From: an uncultured virus (IMG/VR IMGVR_UViG_3300044808_000084)
Taxonomy: Duplodnaviria > Heunggongvirae > Uroviricota > Caudoviricetes
Virus record (IMG/VR): IMGVR_UViG_3300044808_000084
DNA length: 20,000 nt
Direction: 5' to 3' (one strand)
Position numbers and translations under genes: made by a program. Below, in pieces: positions 8,316 to 17,436 of this stretch; the first letter of the stretch is position 1, and each line of letters starts with the position of its first letter. The notes under the pieces were generated by a model. The model had not been told where the DNA came from. It worked only from the letters and a program-made list of their open reading frames with translations, and searched no databases.

Positions 8316-8891
8316 ATGAGCGGCGCACCAACGACAGACGCGCCTCGCAATATGCCTTATCGTATCGCATCGTTGGCCGCGTCTCACCCGCTTGCCTTGA
8401 AAGCATTGGCGGTAGGCTACTCCGGCGCGTTCAGTGCCTTCGTCGGTGAGATGATTACCGGGCGGGAAGTCTTCGCGGCAATTCTCGGCGTGGCGTCGGC
8501 TCTCATCACGGCTTACTTCGCCACCAAGCCCGCCGTCATGCGTGCCCGCATCGAAGAACACGCGCAGGAGGTGACGGAACAGGAAAACTCCGACAGCCGG
8601 AGAGACAGGCTACATGCGCGCGAGTTGGCCTTCGAGCAACGACGGACGCAATACCACATCAAGCGGGAAAACCTCGCACGCAGGAGCAAGCACAACGCGC
8701 TTAACGAAGTCAACCGGGCGTACTTCTACATCCACGAGCTACAACGCCTCATGGTCAACAAGCATTTAGACTTTCAGGAGTTTGAGTTTAAGACTTCCGA
8801 CGCGATATGCGGCGAAGAGGATCGCCAGCTTGAAATGATCGAGCCGCCCGAAAGTATTGAGACGAGCGGACAGCATTCGACGCAAACATAA
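8316..8891 (+). CDS. Membrane-anchored coiled-coil protein (lysis-associated?)
   Basis: ATG 8316 lies just after the holin stop; TM VFAAILGVASALITAYFA followed by a charged helical region. Confidence 0.55.
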   Translation: MSGAPTTDAPRNMPYRIASLAASHPLALKALAVGYSGAFSAFVGEMITGREVFAAILGVASALITAYFATKPAVMRARIEEHAQEVTEQENSDSRRDRLHARELAFEQRRTQYHIKRENLARRSKHNALNEVNRAYFYIHELQRLMVNKHLDFQEFEFKTSDAICGEEDRQLEMIEPPESIETSGQHSTQT

Positions 8892-8942
8892 TTCCTTCCA
8901 CCAACTAAAGCCACAACTCACACCCGCCAACCACACGGACGA

Positions 8943-8990
8943 AGGCCGCGCCCCTATCTGAGCAAAGAAAGGGCGCGGCCTCTTAATTTT
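8943..8990. terminator. Hairpin at the convergence of the two arms, probable (bi)directional terminator
   Basis: AGGCCGCGCCC (8943-8953) and GGGCGCGGCCT (8971-8981) form a perfect 11-bp inverted repeat followed by CTTAATTTT. Confidence 0.6.
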
Positions 8991-8998
8991 GAACTTGT

Positions 8999-9304
8999 TT
9001 ATTTTGGATCGTCTTGCCAGTGGATAAGACCACGCCACGCCCGCCGATAGACTTGGCGATAGCCTAGAATCGCAAACCCTTCATCATTGCGACCCTTTAT
9101 GTAGCTCTCCTGCTTAAAGCCGTCCTCAATGCGCTCGACAAAGCCCAAAGCCTCGAAGTAACGCATAAGCCGTCTAATGCCGCGCCGTGAAATGTTGAAA
9201 CGATTCGACACTAAAACTTGTTCTATGCGCCGCTCTGTGATTTTGCCTTGTGCGTTCCAAACTTGTGTGAGAAAGGCCAGCACTTTTGTTTTAGGTGTAG
9301 GCAT
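8999..9304 (-). CDS. Hypothetical winged-helix-like protein
   Basis: FNISRRGIRRLMRYFEALGFVER resembles a wHTH recognition helix and wing; lower GC than the flanks. Confidence 0.5.
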   Translation of the reverse strand: MPTPKTKVLAFLTQVWNAQGKITERRIEQVLVSNRFNISRRGIRRLMRYFEALGFVERIEDGFKQESYIKGRNDEGFAILGYRQVYRRAWRGLIHWQDDPK

Positions 9305-9305
9305 C

Positions 9306-9542
9306 TTAGATCGGTCTGATGTGTGAACTTAAAAGATAGACTTTTAGATTCGCGTCTGAAAATTCAACGGCATGTTGTTTCTCGACAAGAGAAGACAGCG
9401 CAGACCTTAAATCCCTGTCTGATGGGCTAACATTAAAACTCTCGACTAAAGCCCTTCTAATCAGAGGCAAGCTGATAGCTTTATCTTGGGCGTGTAGCAC
9501 CAACACGTCCACAACCTTTTCTTCAAGTTCGCTGCTACTCAT
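9306..9542 (-). CDS. Hypothetical winged-helix-like small protein
   Basis: ATGA overlap with the resolvase stop; helical pattern SDRDLRSALSSLVEKQHAV; lower GC. Confidence 0.5.
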   Translation of the reverse strand: MSSSELEEKVVDVLVLHAQDKAISLPLIRRALVESFNVSPSDRDLRSALSSLVEKQHAVEFSDANLKVYLLSSHIRPI

Positions 9543-10093
9543 ACTGGCCTCCCAAGATATTTATAGAGTGTAGTGCGCGAGATTTTCAGTTTAGCAGCAA
9601 CGTCTTTAACCGTCGCGCCGGGTTTCTTGAGCATGTTGCGCGCCACTTCCACAATATCATCATCGAAGGCACGCGGCCTTCCCCCTGTCCTACCTCTCGC
9701 CTTCGCTGCCGCGACTCCCGCCCGCGTGCGCTGCCGGATGATGTCTCGCTCGAACTCAGCGAGCGCGGCGAAGATGTGAAAGGTTAGCTTGCCCGTTGGC
9801 GTGGACGTGTCAATAGCTTCGTTGATGCTCTTAAACTCGACGCCGCGCTTTTGCAATTCGTTGATCGTGTCAATGAGGAAGCGGAGCGACCGGGCGAGCC
9901 GGTCAAGTTTGTAGACGACAAGGGCATCACCTTCCCGGCAGAACTCTATCGCCTCGCGCAGACCGGAGCGATCATCCTTCGCGCCGCTCTCTTTGTCGGT
10001 GAAGATTTTAGTGCATCCCGCTTTTTGGAGCGCGTCGGTTTGAAGGTCTAGGTTTTGTTCGTGCGTGGAGACGCGGGCATATCCTATGAGCAT
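9539..10093 (-). CDS. Small serine recombinase (resolvase/invertase family) with C-terminal HTH
   Basis: GYARVST catalytic Ser motif, LVVYKLDRLARS, IFAALAEFERDII, GGRP and HTH TVKDVAAKLKISRTTLYKY. Confidence 0.95.
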   Translation of the reverse strand: MLIGYARVSTHEQNLDLQTDALQKAGCTKIFTDKESGAKDDRSGLREAIEFCREGDALVVYKLDRLARSLRFLIDTINELQKRGVEFKSINEAIDTSTPTGKLTFHIFAALAEFERDIIRQRTRAGVAAAKARGRTGGRPRAFDDDIVEVARNMLKKPGATVKDVAAKLKISRTTLYKYLGRPV

Positions 10094-10477
10094 CTACTTT
10101 TCCGTTTCCAGCATCGCGCGCAGCAGCCTGTTAGCGCGCGGCGTTCCTGCCAACAACACAGGCGACTCGGCGGCTCGTCTTTCTGCCTGTGCTTTGATCA
10201 TCTGCGTTAATCCCCGGCTCTTGAGCATGAAAGAGTCGGGAACGTCGCCTTCATAACAAAACGCCGGAACGTAAGCAGGACAAAAGAAACGGTGGAAGGT
10301 GCGGCCGGGCTTTATAGACCCGACAAGGAAACGCGCGTTGTTGAGTTTTGGATCGGGCATCTGGATCGCATCAATGCGCAGCCATAAGTGGCACACATCG
10401 CACTCACACAGAAACACCCGCGCTCCGATTTCATCGGGAAGGAACTGCCGAACCTTCCACTTGTGAATGTGTGGCAT
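10094..10477 (-). CDS. Hypothetical protein with Cys/His motif
   Basis: HIHKW...CECDVC; stop abuts the resolvase ATG. Confidence 0.55.
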   Translation of the reverse strand: MPHIHKWKVRQFLPDEIGARVFLCECDVCHLWLRIDAIQMPDPKLNNARFLVGSIKPGRTFHRFFCPAYVPAFCYEGDVPDSFMLKSRGLTQMIKAQAERRAAESPVLLAGTPRANRLLRAMLETEK

Positions 10478-10480
10478 GAT

Positions 10481-10762
10481 CTACATCGCCCCTTTGTCTG
10501 TCTCGTCTTGCACGTCGGCAGCTTTGGGAGACTCAAAAGGAATTTGAATATCTCGGAGCGACGGACACAACGCCAACATGAAATTAAGCGCAGCCTTCGT
10601 AACCTCTCCCACTCGTCGCGCCTCTTCTGAGTTGGCGGCGCGAATCGCGGGCAGCAATGCGCCCACCTGATTCCGCTCGCGCCGCTCGGCGTTCTGCCGG
10701 TTGATAGCAATGCGCCTTTCCTTCTTCGACGGCTTCTGATTTTTAACTTTCTTCATGTCCAA
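10481..10762 (-). CDS. Hypothetical basic protein
   Basis: Tightly packed with neighbours; the start may be the ATG at 10756. Confidence 0.5.
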   Translation of the reverse strand: MDMKKVKNQKPSKKERRIAINRQNAERRERNQVGALLPAIRAANSEEARRVGEVTKAALNFMLALCPSLRDIQIPFESPKAADVQDETDKGAM

Positions 10763-10765
10763 CCC

Positions 10766-10939
10766 CTACGCTGTTTCCTCAGTCGTCCGCAGCACTTCGC
10801 CGTGCTGCTTGTAGAACGCTCGCGCCTGTAGGAACAGGCGCAGCACAATCCCCAACTCGAAATGACTAGGAACGATATACACACTCTCGCGCTCGTCTTC
10901 CTCTCCGTCCAACTTGTAGAAAATCGTATAGCGTTTCAT
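10766..10939 (-). CDS. 57-aa hypothetical protein (not in ORF track)
   Basis: Manual translation MKRYTIFYKLDGEEDERESVYIVPSHFELGIVLRLFLQARAFYKQHGEVLRTTEETA*; GGGGG upstream; fills the gap. Confidence 0.5.
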   Translation of the reverse strand: MKRYTIFYKLDGEEDERESVYIVPSHFELGIVLRLFLQARAFYKQHGEVLRTTEETA

Positions 10940-11051
10940 GTTCAAATTCCCCCACGCGCCTATGATACCGATTCCAGAGTTTTAGACACAGTTTCTTTAC
11001 ACGCTTCTGGCCTCTTTCCGTGTCCAACGTCGCCCGCGTCGAAAAGCAGGG

Positions 11052-11543
11052 TTATTCGTCACGCGTTCCAGCGCGCTTCGCTTCCTCCTCATTGTCTAAT
11101 CGCATCGCTTCGGCCAATATCAACAAGGCCGCTCGCGTGCGGAGGCTTCTACCGCCACCGATGCCGGTACGAAAGCGCAAGCCCTCCCCAGGCGGCACGT
11201 CGGGAATGGACACCCAAGCATCGCCATCATCACTAAACACAACCCGCAAGTGTCCCTCGCGTTTGCCATCGTGATCATCGTGCAAGCGTCGGTACGGCGT
11301 GCGCGCTTGTAAGTGTGGCGGCCACGTAGGATGCTCAAGAAGTCTTTTAATATTTACAGCCACGATATTTCTCCGTGTCCAACAAACCGACGTTTTCAGA
11401 CAGTCAACTTGTGGTGAACGTAATGAGCAAAGCGAAGGGCTTGGCGCAGTTGAGACTTTTGAAACGATGCCGCTCGCCACCAAGACGAACAGCGCGATTT
11501 TATAAATTGTCGCGCGGCGGCCAACTCGCACCCGTTTTCTCAT
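11052..11543 (-). CDS. Phage hypothetical protein (alternative GTG start at 11363)
   Basis: C-terminal globular-looking part YRRLHDDHDG...DGDAWV...LRFRTGIGGGRSLRTRAALLILAEA; GGAG lies upstream of GTG 11363. Confidence 0.55.
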   Translation of the reverse strand: MRKRVRVGRRATIYKIALFVLVASGIVSKVSTAPSPSLCSLRSPQVDCLKTSVCWTRRNIVAVNIKRLLEHPTWPPHLQARTPYRRLHDDHDGKREGHLRVVFSDDGDAWVSIPDVPPGEGLRFRTGIGGGRSLRTRAALLILAEAMRLDNEEEAKRAGTRDE

Positions 11544-11615
11544 CCCTTCCCTTTCTACACAGCCTTACAACTTCAATCGTCAAAACCCGCCCGACGAAGC
11601 ACTTCACAGCTAACA

Positions 11616-11855
11616 CTAGCCGCCTGTTTTCGACCTTCGGGGCAAAGCTGGCTTGAAGAAACTACACCCACCTTCCTGCCTTAGTTTATTCTTTAAAGTT
11701 TTGCAGCGCGGGCAATTTTGCACCAGCTGAGAAACTAAGTAGTGATATTCTATAAATTCAATTGTGAGTGCTTCACGTTGCCGGTGCATTTTGTATATCT
11801 TTCGACACACCACGATAACGAGAACACCTAACGCGTCATAAATGAATGTTCCCAC
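11616..11855 (-). CDS. Hypothetical small membrane protein with CxxC
   Basis: N-terminal hydrophobic stretch and CPRC; low-GC segment; GAGG upstream. Confidence 0.35.
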   Translation of the reverse strand: MGTFIYDALGVLVIVVCRKIYKMHRQREALTIEFIEYHYLVSQLVQNCPRCKTLKNKLRQEGGCSFFKPALPRRSKTGG

Positions 11856-11870
11856 AATTCAAACCTCACT

Positions 11871-12491
11871 TCACCGCATCCGATCCTCTCCGACTATCAA
11901 CCATATCGCGACGGTTAAAATGGTAGTGGACAATATGACTGATTTCTCAATCAGACTGCGCGGCACCTGGTAGACACTAAGCAGAACGACTTGAACTCTG
12001 AGAACCGAAGTCATAAGTAGCAGGCAGTAGGCGCGCATGATCCAAGCCGCATGCAGAGACTTAAGACCTTTTCTAATGCTTGTAATACTCACGTATAAGC
12101 AATACAGGATTAACAGGAGCACCGTTACGGTAACTGCCTGCGTCATCTTCTGGCCGTAGGGGAACAGAACCCCAAGTGGAATAGCAGTTAAAACGGAGAT
12201 TGCCAGCGCAACGCTTAATGCAAGGCCGACCCGCGCGTGTGCTTTGTAGCACCCCCTTCTCACTAAGAATCGTTGAACAGGATATAAAGCCACAAACAAC
12301 AACGCCCCCGCGATGTGCGGAATGAGCAAAAAACGATGCGCTACAAACCAAATATCTGCTTGGCTCAATGCCTTGTATCCTGACCACGCGCCGGACAGTT
12401 GCTTTAGTCGCAACACGCCTGCCAGCACCGCGACGACAGTACACAACGCGATAGTCAGTGGGACGGTTGTCGCTAAAAGCCGTTTCGTCAT
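11871..12491 (-). CDS. DUF2306-like integral membrane protein
   Basis: About six TM helices with His motifs PHIAGA, AHARVG and LHAAWIMRAY, matching the DUF2306 pattern; low GC. Confidence 0.7.
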   Translation of the reverse strand: MTKRLLATTVPLTIALCTVVAVLAGVLRLKQLSGAWSGYKALSQADIWFVAHRFLLIPHIAGALLFVALYPVQRFLVRRGCYKAHARVGLALSVALAISVLTAIPLGVLFPYGQKMTQAVTVTVLLLILYCLYVSITSIRKGLKSLHAAWIMRAYCLLLMTSVLRVQVVLLSVYQVPRSLIEKSVILSTTILTVAIWLIVGEDRMR

Positions 12492-12616
12492 TCCGGCCTC
12501 GGTATCGTTACCATCCTGCGCGCCGTCTCGATTACGTTAGGGTGAACGAAAGCGCGTTTGATCATCTCGTGGACTGACTCGCCCGCCGACTCCAACGCTT
12601 CGCCAAGTTCACTCAC
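12488..12616 (-). CDS. 42-aa hypothetical protein (not in ORF track)
   Basis: GTG start, MSELGEALESAGESVHEMIKRAF...; coupled on both sides by GTGA/ATGA overlaps. Confidence 0.4.
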   Translation of the reverse strand: MSELGEALESAGESVHEMIKRAFVHPNVIETARRMVTIPRPE

Positions 12617-12777
12617 TTATTTTTACCTCTCAACATTCCCAACCCTCTCAACAACAGCACACACACCAACAGAAAGGGCGATAATAAAATCATCAAAACC
12701 AGCGCGCCCGCCTTCTCTTCATCGTGGAGTGCGTAGTCAATCGCCGTGCGCTTTGGCTGTTCGGAGCAATACTTCAT
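12613..12777 (-). CDS. 54-aa small membrane protein (not in ORF track)
   Basis: MKYCSEQPKRTAIDYALHDEEKAGALVLMILLSPFLLVCVLLLRGLGMLRGKNK*; ATGA overlap with the upstream gene. Confidence 0.45.
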   Translation of the reverse strand: MKYCSEQPKRTAIDYALHDEEKAGALVLMILLSPFLLVCVLLLRGLGMLRGKNK

Positions 12778-13025
12778 CGCTTCTCTCTCGGCGTGCTCAG
12801 AGTCTTTAGGACGGTTGCGCGCAACGGCTCATCACCCGCACCGGGGCGCAACTTATCAAACAACCTCCCAAGCCAGCCGGGGCGATAAACAATCACAGCA
12901 TACTCAGCAGCAACAGTCTCAGCATCCACGATCAAACCCTCGCGTTCTAAAGCCGCCAACACAATTTCCTTTATGTCGTTGGCGAACCGCTGCAACTCTT
13001 CATCCGTGTACAGGGCTACTTTCAT
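12774..13025 (-). CDS. Hypothetical protein
   Basis: GAGG RBS; tightly packed. Confidence 0.6.
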   Translation of the reverse strand: MKVALYTDEELQRFANDIKEIVLAALEREGLIVDAETVAAEYAVIVYRPGWLGRLFDKLRPGAGDEPLRATVLKTLSTPREKR

Positions 13026-13221
13026 CTTTGAACCTCACGGCGATCATCGGCACTTGCTCAGTCGCCCGCTTCCACTTCCCTTTGTCGTCATACTCGAAGA
13101 AAACGTAAGCGGTCTTATGGTCTGCGCTCCACCCGGTAAGCGCGCCTTCGCGGGTTGAATGGCCGGACGCGGAAGGCACGATCACGGTTTTGTTTTTGTC
13201 GGCGTTGGTAGGGTTGATCAT
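13000..13221 (-). CDS. Hypothetical SH3-like small protein
   Basis: ATG 13221 overlaps the upstream stop (ATGA); beta-rich pattern EGALTGW...AYVFFEY. Confidence 0.5.
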   Translation of the reverse strand: MINPTNADKNKTVIVPSASGHSTREGALTGWSADHKTAYVFFEYDDKGKWKRATEQVPMIAVRFKDESSPVHG

Positions 13222-13583
13222 GCCGCCATTCTCCGTTGTTGGTGTTTCCTGTCTCGCATGAAGTCTAAAAGCCTGTCCGCGTAGATCGTGTTGACCTTCC
13301 CCTCTGCCATCGCGCAAAGGGCTTTAACAACCCACTGGCGTTTGATCTTCGTCTTGAACTTACGCCACTTGTGCAAATCCTTCCGGCGCGATTCATAGCT
13401 CGCACAAAAATCTTGGTACCACGGCGCGTTTTGTCGCTCGACAACTCGAATCTTGTCGCGGTCTGGATGCTTCTCCGTCCACTCGCGCCCCGGCATAAGG
13501 ACGACTTCCAACCAGCCCGCCTCTAGCTCGCGGAGCAACTTGCGAGCGATTCTTTGGTAGTTGTCGGCGCACGATTGACACAT
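13218..13583 (-). CDS. Hypothetical protein with N-terminal CxxC
   Basis: 121-aa ORF (MCQSC...) coupled to the downstream gene. Confidence 0.55.
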   Translation of the reverse strand: MCQSCADNYQRIARKLLRELEAGWLEVVLMPGREWTEKHPDRDKIRVVERQNAPWYQDFCASYESRRKDLHKWRKFKTKIKRQWVVKALCAMAEGKVNTIYADRLLDFMRDRKHQQRRMAA

Positions 13584-13601
13584 GCTTATACACTCGCTCG
13601 G

Positions 13602-13845
13602 CTATTTTTTTTTTTGCCTCAAAAGGAAGCATCGGCATTTTGACTGGCGGCAGATTCACAGCCACAACTCTTGGCCGCTTCTCTTTCACTGGCGGCGGCA
13701 ACACAACTTCCGGCAAGATGATCTGCGCGCCTAGAGGCTCTGGAAGATAGAGACACTTAAAACACAAGCCTCTCTTATCACGCGCCACCGTCGCGCTCAG
13801 ATGCCCGCACGTTCTACAGGGTGCTTTTGTGACGTCCTTCGCCAT
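13602..13845 (-). CDS. Putative zinc-finger protein (end depends on the A11 tract)
   Basis: ATG 13845, MAKDVTKAPCRTC...GLCFKC; an out-of-frame TAG at 13602-13604 becomes in-frame if the A11 run is A10. As written, the frame runs on to 13393. Confidence 0.45.
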
Positions 13846-14394
13846 TACCCCCCCCCACTGTGCGGCCATCGCCGCCGCGATTCCTGTCATGGTTCGGCTT
13901 CTGTTTTTCCACCGCTCCGGCGACGGCGGCTCTCGGTGCACGCGCGCAACCCGGCCTTCGACTACCCGCGTCGGCACAAGCAGGGGCAGATTTTTCAACC
14001 ACAGGCACGTTGATTTAATTTCGCCGTGTCCGAAATGCCAGGGTTGTATAATTTGATCGGGCTTGCGAATCTTTGACGAGATGATCGAGACGGGATTCTC
14101 CAGCGCAATACGCTCGACGGGCGCGGCGAGAAGACGGCGCACGAACTCTAAAGCCTCTTCCTGCTCCTTTAACTTATCCTTGAACCATCGTGCGCCGCTG
14201 ACGGCAAGGTGCGTGCAGGGGGGATGTGCGATCATTAAATCCCAACCATCGCCCAAGACTTCACACACGTCGCCGCGCAGATGCTTGCCAGGGCGTTCAG
14301 AGGGCAGCAGATCACAACTCCAGGCATCGTGTCCGTGCGCGGCGAAGGCGTCACGAACGATCCCCGAAAATTCACAAGCGACGAGTACGCGCAC
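13845..14394 (-). CDS. Phage-type short C5 DNA cytosine methyltransferase-like protein (reads through to 13393 as written)
   Basis: MRVLVACEFSG motif I-like, AHPPC catalytic motif IV, LENP motif VI, and C-terminal RSRT..GIAAAMAAQWG, where I recall this family normally ending. Confidence 0.85.
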
Positions 14395-14410
14395 AGCTTC
14401 CCTCTTTCCT

Positions 14411-14584
14411 TCACTTCACAACTTCAACCGGAGCATCAGCAGCGTTGGCCTTAACCAAGTCAACAGCGCGGCGCGCATCGGCCTCGCGCGTGTAGCCTTC
14501 ACACGCCGCAACTATGTCGTTATCCCCGGCGCGGAGTCGCCAGCCCCACAGATCATCTTCACATTGATAAAGTTCAAACTTCAT
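14411..14584 (-). CDS. YegP/DUF1508 family protein (57 aa, not in ORF track)
   Basis: Manual translation MKFELYQCEDDLWGWRLRAGDNDIVAACEGYTREADARRAVDLVKANAADAPVEVVK*, with the WRL.A...I.A..EGY signature; AAGGA RBS. Confidence 0.8.
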   Translation of the reverse strand: MKFELYQCEDDLWGWRLRAGDNDIVAACEGYTREADARRAVDLVKANAADAPVEVVK

Positions 14585-14599
14585 GGTGTTGCTTTCCTT

Positions 14600-15370
<771 letters not shown>

Positions 15371-15383
15371 TTCGTTAATCTCC

Positions 15384-15602
15384 TTACTTTGAATTGGCCG
15401 TGCTGGTGGCGCGGCCTTTTTGTTTGTTCATTTCGTCCTTGCACTTTGGACACAGCGGAAACTCGCGGACCTTTTCCAACTCGGCTTTGTATTCGGCGGA
15501 CGATTCGAGCGTGAGATATGCGCCCCACACATCGCCGCACAATGCTTTCTTAAAAGCAGGATTCGCCGCGCCGCGCAGTTTGACGTGATAGACGTTACTC
15601 AT
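15384..15602 (-). CDS. Small putative Zn-binding protein
   Basis: YH...ALCG...LCPKC; ATG 15602 with purine-rich RBS. Confidence 0.5.
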   Translation of the reverse strand: MSNVYHVKLRGAANPAFKKALCGDVWGAYLTLESSAEYKAELEKVREFPLCPKCKDEMNKQKGRATSTANSK

Positions 15603-15769
15603 CACTTCCCTTTCATCCACTCATCACGCGCGCGCTCGACAGCATCGAAACTCTGTAGCCCTTCGAAGGCTATTAACTCGTCGGCGCGTTGTTGTATCCA
15701 ACGGCACGAGCGGCGTGCTTCAAACGCGGACGCTGCGCCCGTCGCCGGGGAAAAATAATTGCGGTCAAG

Positions 15770-15907
15770 GTGACGGAACAGCTTTCTCAGGGTGTGACGA
15801 ATGACAGATAGTGACGCTTTGTTCCTATTATCCACACATATAAAATTTTGATCTAAATGGAACATAGGTGAAAGCGTCACAAAGCGTCATGCGTCACTAT
15901 CCGTCAC
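15770..15907. promoter_or_regulatory. Candidate replication origin (convergent iterons, AT-rich core, DnaA box)
   Basis: Four TGAC repeats, then four GTCA repeats, flank an AT-rich 50-mer; TTATCCACA at 15828-15836; about 95 bp downstream of the helicase stop. Confidence 0.7.
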
Positions 15908-16000
15908 TGGAAAGTGGTCGTTTTTTCTGTTTCAAGTTGCGAGGGGCGAAGGCTTGCCGCCCGGCAAACCGCAATAAAATTCCGACACTGGCAAATTGTG

Positions 16001-17428
16001 TCAGGTCCTCAGGAGGCCGACGCCGCGCCACATGCGCGCTTTCGCTGTCCTCATTTGAGTCAATCCCCGCTCCTGCAATTTGCGCCCGAACTTTTGCTGA
16101 GTCCCGGCGTGGTTGTTGTTGTCCTCGCACCACCTTGTGTATGCGCGGAAGAGGTCGGCGGCGGTCGTCTCGGCGGTCGCACTCAAAACGCAACAGTCTT
16201 CGATAAAGAAAGAAAGCTGGTCCATCTGGTTGCGAAACGCCTGTGTCGCGCTCGACACTTCGAGCGGCACGCCCAAGCCGTACCGCTGCCAGAGCGCGCA
16301 GCCTTGAATCATCCAGTTAAGAATGCCCGCCGCTTCGGTCAAAAGTTTTTGCTGTAGTTGTTTGTCGCGCTCGTCGGGCGGGATGCGCACCTCGAAGGGA
16401 ATGAGGCGCAGCCGGTCCCAAATGCCCTCATCCGTGCCGCGCACTTCCGGCATGTGGTTCGTTCTGAGCCATATCTTGCACTCAGGTTTGAACTCGAAGA
16501 ATTCCCCGCGCATGAACCGCGCGCTCACCGTATCGCCGCCCGTCAACTCTTTAATCAAGCTCTCCGCGAGCCTTCGCCCTTCGTCCGATTCGGACGCCGA
16601 CACGAGCCGCGCGCCCTTGAGTTTCGCCACGTCGTTCGGGATCGCGCCCTCGCGCTTGGCGAGCAGCGTTTCGGTCGGCGTGCGTAAGGCGTAGTCGCCA
16701 AGAATCGCTTGCATCGTCTCCACCAGCACACTTTTACCGTTCGCGCCTGTGCCGTAGAGGATGAACACTACGCGCTCGCCCACGTCGCCAGTGAGAGAGT
16801 ACCCCGCCGCGCGTTGCAGGAAATCAATCAGCGATTGTCGCCCGCGCATGATCCGGTGAAGGAAGGCGAGCCACGTCGGGCATTCCGCGTTTTCGTCGAA
16901 GGGAAAGGGCGCGATGCGGGTTGACAAGTCCGCGCGGTCGGCGGGGCGCAGCAGGCCGCTTCGCAGGTCAATCGTGCCGTTGGCGACCGTCAAGGCGAAG
17001 GGGTCGGCGTCGAGTTCGACGGGGGCGACCGGGACCCCCGGCTCGCTCCGCGCGAGCGAGATCATGGCGTTGATGCGCGCCTCGCCTTCCGATTTGAGCG
17101 CGTGCGCCTGTAGCAATTTTTTACTCTCCACGGTCTGCGCGTGCGCGGCCTCCGCGTGCATCGCCTCGACGGTGTTTTTCGCGCGGCGCACGATCTCGCC
17201 GTTCGCATCTTCGCGCCACCGCCTGCCGTCCCACACGAGCCACTTATTCCACTCGTGGCAGTAGTGCAGGTCGTGGCCGTGTTTGCCGATGAGTCGGCGG
17301 GCGTTGCCGTAGTCGGAACAGTGCAGCGCGTCGGCGGCATCAATGGCACCGTGCGCGGCTTGTGCCGCCGCGCCCTGCGTCGCCGCATCTACGATCCGAT
17401 CTACCCTCTCTTTAACGAGTGTTGCCAT
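16001..17428 (-). CDS. D5/P4-family SF3 helicase (phage/plasmid primase-helicase C-terminal module)
   Basis: D5_N region (DYGNARRL...WLVWDGRRW, NGTIDLRSG), Walker A GTGANGKS, LVSASES, IKELTGGD.VSARF, TNHMP, WDRLRLIPF and C-terminal wHTH; start set at ATG 17428, just after the upstream gene's stop. Confidence 0.92.
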   Translation of the reverse strand: MATLVKERVDRIVDAATQGAAAQAAHGAIDAADALHCSDYGNARRLIGKHGHDLHYCHEWNKWLVWDGRRWREDANGEIVRRAKNTVEAMHAEAAHAQTVESKKLLQAHALKSEGEARINAMISLARSEPGVPVAPVELDADPFALTVANGTIDLRSGLLRPADRADLSTRIAPFPFDENAECPTWLAFLHRIMRGRQSLIDFLQRAAGYSLTGDVGERVVFILYGTGANGKSVLVETMQAILGDYALRTPTETLLAKREGAIPNDVAKLKGARLVSASESDEGRRLAESLIKELTGGDTVSARFMRGEFFEFKPECKIWLRTNHMPEVRGTDEGIWDRLRLIPFEVRIPPDERDKQLQQKLLTEAAGILNWMIQGCALWQRYGLGVPLEVSSATQAFRNQMDQLSFFIEDCCVLSATAETTAADLFRAYTRWCEDNNNHAGTQQKFGRKLQERGLTQMRTAKARMWRGVGLLRT

Positions 17429-17436
17429 TGAAGTTT

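Noticed and set aside
13393..14394. Single 333-aa methyltransferase
   Set aside because: MTase motifs end at QWG; the extension depends on two homopolymers and overlaps the next gene by ~190 nt.
15602..15880. 92-aa minus-strand ORF
   Set aside because: Its 5' half overlies the iteron/AT-rich origin candidate; only the 3' ~40 codons might be coding, and no clear start is visible.
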